Below, piece by piece: positions 1-7,370 of a stretch of DNA of 25,198 nt (the first letter of the stretch is position 1; each line of letters begins with the position of its first letter). Origin of the DNA: a bacterium. Lineage in GTDB: Bacteria; Sumerlaeota; Sumerlaeia; UBA8349. Where the stretch lies: positions 1-25,198 of the forward strand of contig JABMPG010000473.1 in NCBI GenBank assembly GCA_013203855.1, given 5' to 3'. Position numbers and translations under genes: made by a program. The notes under the pieces are model-generated. The model saw nothing but the letters and a program-made list of their open reading frames with translations, did no database searches and was not told where the DNA came from.

Positions 1-14
1 ATATTGACCAGCAT
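1..14 (-). CDS. Probable 5' start of a gene running off the left edge (MLVN...), product unknown
   Basis: Minus-strand ATG at 14 with GAAAGG 7 nt upstream; only 4 full codons are visible. Confidence 0.3.
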
Positions 15-155
15 CGGGTTGCCTTTCACCTTCCTCGCCTGTCCGACGGGAAAAGTCTGCCTAGATAATATTCCGCTGCTCCGGAAGTCAAGATCATTTG
101 GCCGAAAGCACAGCCGGGGGCGACTGTGCCACATACCACGTCCTGACCCCAGACT

Positions 156-1670
156 TCAAATCCTTGCCCCTTCTTCCTTGCCCTTCACGTGCTCGACTCC
201 GGCCGCGAAGGCTTTGCGGTTAATCTCGGCTGCCTTGGGCTTTGGAAAGCTGGTGCTGAGGGCGTAATCCAGGTCGGCGTTGGTGAACAGGCCGGTCAGG
301 GCGCTGTACGCGCCGAGAAGAACCACGTTGGCGGCCCGGACGTCGCCGGCTGTCTGGGCGAGATCCATGGCGGGGACGCCGACGATTTTCACGCCGTCGC
401 GCTTCTCGATCTCTTCCTGCACGATGGAACTGTTGTAGATAACGAGCCCGCCGCGATTCATCTGGGGCAGGAAGCGTTCGAGGGAGGGCACGTTCATGGC
501 GAGGAGCACATCGATGTCGTTCACGACGGGCGAGCCGATTTCCTCGCGGCTGAGAATCACGCTGCTGTTGGCCGTGCCGCCGCGGCTTTCGGGACCGTAC
601 GACGGCAGCCATGTCACGTGATAGTCCGCGTTCATCCCGGCCTGGGCCACGAGGACGCCGAGGGTGAGCACGCCCTGTCCGCCGAAGCCGGCAAGTTTAC
701 AGCAGATGCTGTCGATGGCGGGAGCTTCGGGAGACTTGCTATGGCGGCCGTTATTCGAATCTGTTTGGGCGGTCTCGGCCTTCCCGGAATCCTTCTCGCC
801 GGTCAGGAGGGCATAGACCTCGCGGGCGGACAGGGATTCGGGTGGCGCAGGTCGCGGATCGGTCTCCTGGACCTTGTCGCGATAGACGCCAAGTTTGAAG
901 ACTGGGTACATGTTCTCGCGGATCCACTCGCCGGCCTGATCGGGCGCAACGCGCCACTGGGTCGGGCAGGGGGAGAGAATCTCGACGAAGGCGAAGCCCT
1001 TCCTCTCCATCTGGATCTTCAAGGCCTTGCGGATCGCCGCGCGTGCCTTCATCGTGGCCTGGGGGCTGTCTACGGCCACGCGCTCGACGTACACCGGCGA
1101 CTCGAGTCCGGCGATCATCTCGCACATCCGCATGGGATGGCCCTCACCCTCGACCTGTCGTCCGAAAGGCGAAGTGCTGGTTTTCATGTTGACGAGTGTA
1201 GTCGGGGCCATCTGGCCGCCGGTCATGCCGTAGATGGCGTTGTTGACGAAGAAGACGGCCATCCGCTCGCCCCGGTTGGCGGCGTGGATGATCTCGGCCA
1301 GACCGATGGCGGCCAAATCGCCGTCGCCCTGATAGCTGATGCAGATCGCCTCGGGATGGACACGCGAAATACCCGTGAGGGCCGCCGGGGCGCGGCCGTG
1401 GGGAACGGACACGGCGCAGAAATCGAAGTAGTAATACAGGAAGACGCTGCACCCGACCGGCGCGACGATGATGGCGCGGTCCTTGAGCCCGAAGTCGGCC
1501 ACAGCCTCGGCGATCAACTTGTGAGCCACGCCATGGCCGCAACCGGCGCAGTAGTGGGTGCCGCTCTTGTCCACGCCGGGTTTGCGGGCGAAGACATCCT
1601 GAAAAGCGGAGGGTTTGGAAAGGGTTTTGTCTGCCATTTTTTTCATCTGCCTGCGCGTGTTAGTGGTCAA
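156..1670 (-). CDS. vorA: 2-oxoacid:ferredoxin oxidoreductase, fused beta (TPP-binding) and gamma subunits (Vor/2-ketoisovalerate type)
   Basis: Beta motifs YCAGCGHG, PVGCS, YQGDGDLAAIG, NNAIYGMTGGQMAPTT and EILSPCPTQW, then a linker, then gamma motifs LAGFGGQGV and WLPSYGPESRGGTAN. The start may be TTG 1670 or ATG 1646/1637. Confidence 0.9.
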   Translation of the reverse strand: MTTNTRRQMKKMADKTLSKPSAFQDVFARKPGVDKSGTHYCAGCGHGVAHKLIAEAVADFGLKDRAIIVAPVGCSVFLYYYFDFCAVSVPHGRAPAALTGISRVHPEAICISYQGDGDLAAIGLAEIIHAANRGERMAVFFVNNAIYGMTGGQMAPTTLVNMKTSTSPFGRQVEGEGHPMRMCEMIAGLESPVYVERVAVDSPQATMKARAAIRKALKIQMERKGFAFVEILSPCPTQWRVAPDQAGEWIRENMYPVFKLGVYRDKVQETDPRPAPPESLSAREVYALLTGEKDSGKAETAQTDSNNGRHSKSPEAPAIDSICCKLAGFGGQGVLTLGVLVAQAGMNADYHVTWLPSYGPESRGGTANSSVILSREEIGSPVVNDIDVLLAMNVPSLERFLPQMNRGGLVIYNSSIVQEEIEKRDGVKIVGVPAMDLAQTAGDVRAANVVLLGAYSALTGLFTNADLDYALSTSFPKPKAAEINRKAFAAGVEHVKGKEEGARI

Positions 1671-1756
1671 CTCCGGAGTCGTGCCCAGTAGACAACGCCT
1701 GCCACGACAACGATCGCAAAGAGGATGATCCCATCTCGATCCATCAGGTTCCTCAT
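1667..1756 (-). CDS. Putative 29-aa single-pass membrane microprotein ([29 protein letters not shown])
   Basis: Its ATG overlaps the vorB stop (ATGA) and its TGA overlaps the TTG at 1670 (TTGA). It has an uninterrupted hydrophobic stretch followed by RLR and exactly fills the intergenic gap. Confidence 0.55.
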   Translation of the reverse strand: MRNLMDRDGIILFAIVVVAGVVYWARLRS

Positions 1757-2853
1757 TTCGGAACGGACACTTCGGATGATTTCTCTCTCACCGGCGCGGC
1801 CGCGTCCTTGCCCAGGATCTGCCGAGCCTTTTCGACCACTTCCTCGGGACTGGGAACGAAGCCGCCGACGCGGTTCATGAAATGAATCGGACTGCGTCCG
1901 GCCACGAAAAGTTTGATGTCCTGCACGAGCTGGCCGTTGTTCAGCTCGACCACGAGGAAATCGTGGACGCGGCCGACGTGCTCGAGCAGTTGAGTCTCCG
2001 GGAAAGGCCACAGCGTCTGGGGGCGGAACAGGCCGACCTTCAGGCCCTGCTCGCGTGCCTGATCCACAGCCGAGCGCAAAATGCGGCTCACGATCCCAAA
2101 CCCGACCAGAATCAGGTCCGCGTCCTCGCAGCGATAGGTCTCGCAGCGCGTTTCTTGCCTCTGAATTCCGGCGTAATTCTCCTGCAAATGCAGAACGTGG
2201 GCCTCCATCTCTTCGGGGTTGAGGAAGATGGAGGTGATGACGTTGCCATTGGTAGCGGCCTCGGGCGTGAGGGCCCAGTCCGGCGGTCCGGGCGGATCGA
2301 TGGCGGCCGGCATGTCCAGTGGTTCCATCATCTGGCCCACATAGGCGTCGCTCAGGACGAAAACCGGTATCCGATAGCGGTCGGCCAGTTCGAAGGCCAG
2401 CATGGTGAAATCGCACATCTCCTGGACCGAGTTCGGCGACAGGACGATGCAGCGATAGGACCCGTGGCCGCCGCCCTTGACCACCTGATTATAGTCGCCC
2501 TGGGAGGGATAGATGTTGCCCAGCCCCGGCCCCACGCGGCTGATATCCACGATCACGCTGGGGAGTTCGGAAGCCGCGAGGTAAGAGATCCCCTCCATTT
2601 TGAGGCTGATGCCCGGCCCGGACGAGGCGGTCATGGAGCGGACGCCCGCCGACGAGGCGCCGTAGACCATGTTGATGGCCGCGACCTCGCTTTCGGCCTG
2701 AATGAAGATCCGGCCCGCCTGGGGAAACAGGAGCGCCGCCGTATGGGCGATCTCGCTGGCCGGCGTGATGGGATATCCGAAGAATCCCCGGCAGCCCGCC
2801 AGCAAAGCGCCGCACACGACCGCATCGTTCCCTTTCATCAACTGCTTGCTCAT
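1753..2853 (-). CDS. vorB: 2-oxoacid:ferredoxin oxidoreductase alpha subunit (3-methyl-2-oxobutanoate dehydrogenase VorB type), 366 aa
   Basis: [12 protein letters not shown]..., [58 protein letters not shown]. Start trimmed to the ATG at 2853. Confidence 0.92.
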   Translation of the reverse strand: MSKQLMKGNDAVVCGALLAGCRGFFGYPITPASEIAHTAALLFPQAGRIFIQAESEVAAINMVYGASSAGVRSMTASSGPGISLKMEGISYLAASELPSVIVDISRVGPGLGNIYPSQGDYNQVVKGGGHGSYRCIVLSPNSVQEMCDFTMLAFELADRYRIPVFVLSDAYVGQMMEPLDMPAAIDPPGPPDWALTPEAATNGNVITSIFLNPEEMEAHVLHLQENYAGIQRQETRCETYRCEDADLILVGFGIVSRILRSAVDQAREQGLKVGLFRPQTLWPFPETQLLEHVGRVHDFLVVELNNGQLVQDIKLFVAGRSPIHFMNRVGGFVPSPEEVVEKARQILGKDAAAPVREKSSEVSVPK

Positions 2854-2890
2854 ATCTCTGTCTCTTTGGAAAATGGAAATCGGCCTTCGA

Positions 2891-3154
2891 TTACGACTCT
2901 TTCTCGGACTTCCCCTTCCGGCGGCGGACCTTGATACCCGCCGGCTCGGGACAAGCATAGTAGCACATGCCGCATCCCGTGCATACGCTCAAATCCCGGA
3001 TCGAAGCAGTCCGGTATCCCATCGAGTTGACATGGTCCGACATCTCCAGGACCCCTTTGGGACAGGCCTGCACGCAACGGCCGCACCCCTTGCACAACTG
3101 AAACTCAAGTTCGACCCCCGGCGCATCGGAGGCGGTCTGTTCGTTTGAAGCCAT
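2891..3154 (-). CDS. 2x[4Fe-4S] ferredoxin-like delta subunit of the oxidoreductase
   Basis: [12 protein letters not shown] and [13 protein letters not shown] motifs; AGGA upstream of the ATG; first gene of the vor operon. Confidence 0.9.
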   Translation of the reverse strand: MASNEQTASDAPGVELEFQLCKGCGRCVQACPKGVLEMSDHVNSMGYRTASIRDLSVCTGCGMCYYACPEPAGIKVRRRKGKSEKES

Positions 3155-3268
3155 TGCGATTCCTGCCCTGCCTTCGCGGCGAAACTCCGGCGCGAAGCGA
3201 AATGAGAATCCGGGCGGCCCTTTGCCAGATCAAGCCGGAGGAACCGGCCCGGTGGATTGTCGGTTGAT

Positions 3269-3274
3269 ATTATA
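3269..3274 (-). promoter_or_regulatory. Candidate -10 element (TATAAT) for the vor operon
   Basis: Perfect TATAAT on the minus strand about 115 nt upstream of the ferredoxin start in GC-rich DNA; no good -35 seen. Confidence 0.45.
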
Positions 3275-3588
3275 GGGATGGCGGTCCCGGAAGGCCATAT
3301 TTTTCCGGACGGGAGCGATCTGGGGAATCAGTAGTCAAGAGTGAATGGCTACGAGCCCGGGAGCCGCGACATGGCTGTTTGTGGCACAATCTCCCGAAAT
3401 CCATGAAGGAGGACCTGCTCCCGGATCGAAATCTCACACCCCGGCCGCGGGCTGTTGGCTACTCCTTCCGCCTCTCCTGCGCTGGGCGTTTGATCTTGCT
3501 TCCCGGGGGGGCTTCTGATAGGTGTGAGCGGACCGGATAATGGTTCTTGGGCCATTCGTGGAGTTAGCTCGCTGTCAGAGTCTGAGGA

Positions 3589-5343
3589 TTGACATTGTTT
3601 CTGCGCACTCTGCTTACGTTTTTTCGAGGTCTGTCGACGGGGGCGGTGTGCCTCGTTGGGCTCCTTCCTGTTCTGGCGGCTGGCCAACCCACTTCTCCTT
3701 TGCTTGTGCTTGATTTCGAGCCTCTTGCGACGACGATCACGCTTCCGACCTTGCGGCCTGAGATCCGGGCCGTTCTGGTGCGGGCGGGGGGGGCGGATTT
3801 GCGTAGCGAGAGGGCGATCCGAGGCGTGGTGACGCAGCTGGCCGAGTTTCAGGTGAGCGATGTCTTTGTGGAGGCCCGGGTTTTCGGCCAAGCCTACTAT
3901 GAATCGGCCCTGACTCCCCGTCCTGCCGGATGGCTGAACGAGAATTTTGATTCCTTGGGCGTCTTTCTCCAGGCGGTTCACGAGGTGACCCCGGAGATGC
4001 GGGTCCATGCGGTGGTCGATGTCCTGCGCGTCTACAGTGATCTGAATCCGTTCGCGCCCCCGGCGGGGCATCTTCTTCTCGAGCATCCGGGGTGGCTGTG
4101 CCTGGATCGCGCGGGACAGCGGCGCGATCTGGCGGGGAACTTGTGGATCGATCCGGGCGTGCCGGGCGTGCGTACTTACCTCGAGAGCGTGGTGCGGGAA
4201 TTGGCCGAGCGATACGAATTGAACGGGATTCATCTCAGTGAACTGCGATATCCCGGAACGGACATGCACTGGGGGTACAACCCTCAGGCTTTGGCGGCGT
4301 TCCAGGCCGGCCATCCCGGCGCGGGCCGCGAGCTGCCGGGACCGGCGGAAGAGGAGTGGGTGGCATGGCGCGCGGCCCGATTGACGGATCTTGCGACGGC
4401 GCTGGCGGAAACGGCTCGGAAGACGCGGCCGGGCATGATCGTGTCGGTCGCGGCGCTGGCCACGGGACAGCCTCCACGCTTCGTGCCTTCGGCTCTGATG
4501 ATGGACGGCGGGTCCACGGAGACGACGCCCGGGGTGAGCGTGTCGCTGGGAACGTCGGAGCCCGACTTTCGCGGAGCGCTTCAGAACTGGCCGGCGTGGC
4601 GTCGACGGGGTCTGTTCGACTGGGTGGCGCTTTCGAACCGGCACAGCCAGTTGGGGGATGAGAGAACCTTTCTCTACTGGGTCGACTACGCCCGCTCGCA
4701 GAAGGGCTCGGGGCAGATCCTTGCCGAGGTGTCGGGCGCGGAAAACGTCGAGAGCGGTGTGGTGCGGCTGATGCGGTTGGCGATGGCGCGAGGATGTGAC
4801 GGGGTCTTACTGGACTCCTATCAGACGCTTGGCCGTGAGCGGGCGGCTTTGCCCGCGCTGGCGTATATCAGCCGGGCGACGTTCTCCCCGGATGCCAAGA
4901 TGCCACTCTATCTGCATCGCGCTTTGCTGGCCTCGGTTCCCCCGCCCGCGACGGATTTTCGGATGCTCGAGATACCGGAAGGGCCTTCGACTCCCCGCGA
5001 GGAGGCGATTGTGGCTCCTGCGGCAGTGGAACCCTCTTTGACTCAAACGGACGCGACCCGGGCACTTCTCGGGCTGAGCCGATCCGTTTCATTTGCGGGG
5101 GCGCGTCCCGCTCCGGGGGTTGAGGGTCCGGCGGATCTGTCGCTCTTTCCGGAACCGTCGCCTCGGCTCTTTACGGAGGGGGGCGGCTGGCAGCGGGTGC
5201 AGCTTTCGAGCGGGCGGGACTTCATCGGGCAGCAGTTGGCTTCTCAGGCGGGCCTGACCACTTTTCGCCTGCGGGATGGTCTGATCGTGGCGTTGCCGGA
5301 CGATCAGGTTGCTTCGATGAGTCCTCTGGAAGAGGCAAAATAG
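3589..5343 (+). CDS. Exported GHL10/DUF187 (YddW/DigH-like) glycoside hydrolase-family protein with a Pro-rich linker and small C-terminal domain
   Basis: Hydrophobic N-terminal signal; VFVEAR, MRVHAVV, WIDPGVPGVRTYLESVVRELAERYELNGIHLSELRYP and QNWPAW..GLFD resemble the family. The start may be TTG 3595, which has better spacing to GAGGA. Confidence 0.7.
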   Translation: MTLFLRTLLTFFRGLSTGAVCLVGLLPVLAAGQPTSPLLVLDFEPLATTITLPTLRPEIRAVLVRAGGADLRSERAIRGVVTQLAEFQVSDVFVEARVFGQAYYESALTPRPAGWLNENFDSLGVFLQAVHEVTPEMRVHAVVDVLRVYSDLNPFAPPAGHLLLEHPGWLCLDRAGQRRDLAGNLWIDPGVPGVRTYLESVVRELAERYELNGIHLSELRYPGTDMHWGYNPQALAAFQAGHPGAGRELPGPAEEEWVAWRAARLTDLATALAETARKTRPGMIVSVAALATGQPPRFVPSALMMDGGSTETTPGVSVSLGTSEPDFRGALQNWPAWRRRGLFDWVALSNRHSQLGDERTFLYWVDYARSQKGSGQILAEVSGAENVESGVVRLMRLAMARGCDGVLLDSYQTLGRERAALPALAYISRATFSPDAKMPLYLHRALLASVPPPATDFRMLEIPEGPSTPREEAIVAPAAVEPSLTQTDATRALLGLSRSVSFAGARPAPGVEGPADLSLFPEPSPRLFTEGGGWQRVQLSSGRDFIGQQLASQAGLTTFRLRDGLIVALPDDQVASMSPLEEAK

Positions 5344-5832
5344 ATGCGGTTGCCTTTCGGTCCTGAAGCGCGGATGGAGCGGGCCCTGGAAGAGGCGCGC
5401 AAAGCGATCGAGCGGGACGAGGTGCCCGTCGGCGCCTTGGTCATCGCGCCGGATGGAACTCTCCTTGGCGCGGCCCATGACGAGCGGATGGCGCGGCGGG
5501 ACCCGACGGCGCATGCGGAGATTCTGGCCTTGCGGCGCGCCGCCCAGGCTCTAGGGGACTGGCGGCTCGAAGAGTGCGAACTGGTGGTGACGCTCGAACC
5601 GTGTCCGATGTGCGCAGGGGCGCTGGTGCTGGCTCGAATCAAGCGGCTGGTCTATGGCGCGGCAAGTCCGAAGAGCGGGGCAGTCGCAACCCACACGCGC
5701 CTTCTCGATATCGAGACGTTCAACCACAAGGTTGAAGTCCAGAGCGGGGTGCTGGCCGAGGCGTGCGGGAAAGTGCTGAGCGAGTATTTCCGGGGGAGAA
5801 GGAGCGGGGGGGAATGCAAGAGCAGCGAATGA
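5344..5832 (+). CDS. tadA: tRNA adenosine(34) deaminase
   Basis: EVPVGAL, DPTAHAEILALR, VTLEPCPMCAGA, LVYGA..PKSGA, FNH.VEV..GVLAE.C. Confidence 0.95.
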   Translation: MRLPFGPEARMERALEEARKAIERDEVPVGALVIAPDGTLLGAAHDERMARRDPTAHAEILALRRAAQALGDWRLEECELVVTLEPCPMCAGALVLARIKRLVYGAASPKSGAVATHTRLLDIETFNHKVEVQSGVLAEACGKVLSEYFRGRRSGGECKSSE

Positions 5833-5908
5833 GAGATGTGCAAATGCGGACCGAACTGATACGTGACCTCGAGATCAAAACAGCAGATACACAATAGAAA
5901 GGCAAAAC

Positions 5909-6736
5909 ATGAACACTTTGTCCGAGTTTTCGCTGGAAGGGAAGCGCGTCCTCATCACGGGGGGGGCCGGCGTATTGTGCAAGATCCTGGGGATGGGGCT
6001 GGGACAGGCCGGGGCGTCGGTGATTCTGGCCGACCTCCGCGGCGACGCGGCCGATGAAGCCGCCAAGGAGCTGCGAGCAGATGGGATCGAGGCGGACTCG
6101 GTCGCCCTGGATGTGATGAGCCCGGAAACGATCCAGAAAGTGGCCCAGGAAGTGTGCGCGTCGGGCCCGGTGGATATTCTGGTGAACGGCGCGGGGGGCA
6201 ATCAGAAGCAGGCGACGACCTCGCCCGACCTATCGTTCTTCGACCTGCCGCTGGACGCAATGCGACGGGTGATCGATCTGAACTTTTTCGGCGGAGCCTT
6301 CCTGACCAGCCAAGTGTTCGCAAGGGAGATGGTGAAGCGGGACGAGGGCGGGGTGATTCTTAATATCTCGTCAATGAACGCGTTGCGGCCCTTGACACGG
6401 ATCCCGGGCTACAGTGCCGCCAAGGCGGCCGTGAGCAATTTCACCCAGTGGCTGGCGGTCCATCTGGCTCAGGAATACAACCCGAAGGTGCGGGTCAATG
6501 CTCTCGCGCCAGGCTTCTTCCTGACCGATCAGAACCGCTTCCTCCTGACGGACAAAGACACGGGGGAACTGACCGCACGGGGCCAGAGCATCATTTCACA
6601 CACCCCCGCAGGCCGTTTCGGCGAGCCGGGAGACCTGGTGGGCACGGCCCTGTGGCTGTGCTCGGACGCCTCGCGCTTCGTGAGCGGGATTGTGGTGCCG
6701 GTGGACGGCGGGTTCAGCGCTTTTTCGGGAGTCTGA
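5909..6736 (+). CDS. SDR-family oxidoreductase, D-mannonate oxidoreductase-like
   Basis: TGGAGVL Rossmann motif, LVNGAGGN, NISSMNALRPLTRIPGYSAAKAAVSNFTQWLAVH (YxxxK), VPVDGGFSAFSGV; resembles SDR-type mannonate oxidoreductases. The substrate is inferred. Confidence 0.8.
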   Translation: MNTLSEFSLEGKRVLITGGAGVLCKILGMGLGQAGASVILADLRGDAADEAAKELRADGIEADSVALDVMSPETIQKVAQEVCASGPVDILVNGAGGNQKQATTSPDLSFFDLPLDAMRRVIDLNFFGGAFLTSQVFAREMVKRDEGGVILNISSMNALRPLTRIPGYSAAKAAVSNFTQWLAVHLAQEYNPKVRVNALAPGFFLTDQNRFLLTDKDTGELTARGQSIISHTPAGRFGEPGDLVGTALWLCSDASRFVSGIVVPVDGGFSAFSGV

Positions 6737-6837
6737 GGAGAGCGGCCAGGAAGAGGAGCACCTCGCGCCGATCCTGAAGTGTGGCCCACGGCTTAGACAA
6801 GGCGAATGTTTTCGGGCTCGAGAGGTCCGATTCCTAC

Positions 6838-6866
6838 TTGACATTTGGGGGGGCGGGTGACAGAGT
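6838..6866 (+). promoter_or_regulatory. Sigma70-type promoter for rpmE
   Basis: TTGACA, 17-nt spacer, TG-n extended -10, then CAGAGT. Confidence 0.6.
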
Positions 6867-6978
6867 CTTTGTCTGCGTTGCGGCCGGGAGAGGTCGCGGC
6901 ACGGGTTTCGGTTAGCCGGAGCCCCGGCGAAGAAGCGGAAACAGCCGCCCTTCGACACCCCAAATCAGGAGATCGATC

Positions 6979-7251
6979 ATGAAAAAAGAAATCCATCCCG
7001 CCGTTGGCTTGGTCCAGTACCGGTGCGCGTCTTGCTCGAATCGTTTCGTCACCACTTCGACCAAGATGGACGCCCGCGTGGAGGAGTTCGAAGGGAAGCC
7101 CTTCCCCACGATCGTGCTGGAAACGTGCTCGAACTGCCATCCGTTCTTCACGGAGAAACAGACCTTCATCGACACGGCCGGCCGCGTCGAGAAGTTCCAG
7201 AAGCGTTTCGCCAAGTTCCGTCCGCCGGCGGAAGAAGAGAAAAGCGAATAG
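6979..7251 (+). CDS. rpmE: 50S ribosomal protein L31
   Basis: MKKEIHP..., CxxC...CxxCHPFFT.KQ.FIDTAGRVEKFQKRF; AGGAG SD. Confidence 0.95.
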   Translation: MKKEIHPAVGLVQYRCASCSNRFVTTSTKMDARVEEFEGKPFPTIVLETCSNCHPFFTEKQTFIDTAGRVEKFQKRFAKFRPPAEEEKSE

Positions 7252-7307
7252 ATCTTCCCAGCCGCTCGCGCCGGGTTTTGCAATGGCGCGGACTTCGGGA
7301 ATGGGAT

Positions 7308-7351
7308 AAAAAGGCCTCTCCGCTTCGGCGGAGGGGCTTTTTGCTTTTTTT
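7308..7351 (+). terminator. Intrinsic terminator after rpmE
   Basis: GGCCTCTCCGC-TTCG-GCGGAGGGGCT stem with a UUCG loop, followed by T5-GC-T7; an upstream A run makes it potentially bidirectional. Confidence 0.85.
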
Positions 7352-7370
7352 GACTCCTGGAGCCTGACCG

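Noticed and set aside
189-1691. 500-aa plus-strand ORF (also 1882-2934, 10991-11989, 12600-13604, 13312-14649, 21721-23271, 24224-25189)
   Set aside because: Antisense shadows of well-supported genes, expected in high-GC DNA; no recognisable motifs.
3381-3395. TGGCAC as a sigma54 -24 element (also at 16678 and near 125-131)
   Set aside because: No TTGC at the required -12 position in any copy.
3523-3532. lac-operator-like TGTGAGCGGA
   Set aside because: Only a half-site with no symmetric partner and no LacI-family gene nearby; likely chance.
3345-3540. Short plus-strand ORFs (about 45-60 aa) and an AAGGAGG in the vor-GHL10 intergenic region
   Set aside because: No start codon at proper spacing from the SD-like sequence, and no coding-type composition or motif.
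5341-5346. GHL10 TAG directly followed in frame by the tadA ATG, suggesting a read-through fusion
   Set aside because: An exported protein fused to a cytoplasmic tRNA deaminase makes little sense, and tadA is complete on its own. Tight stop-start coupling explains it.
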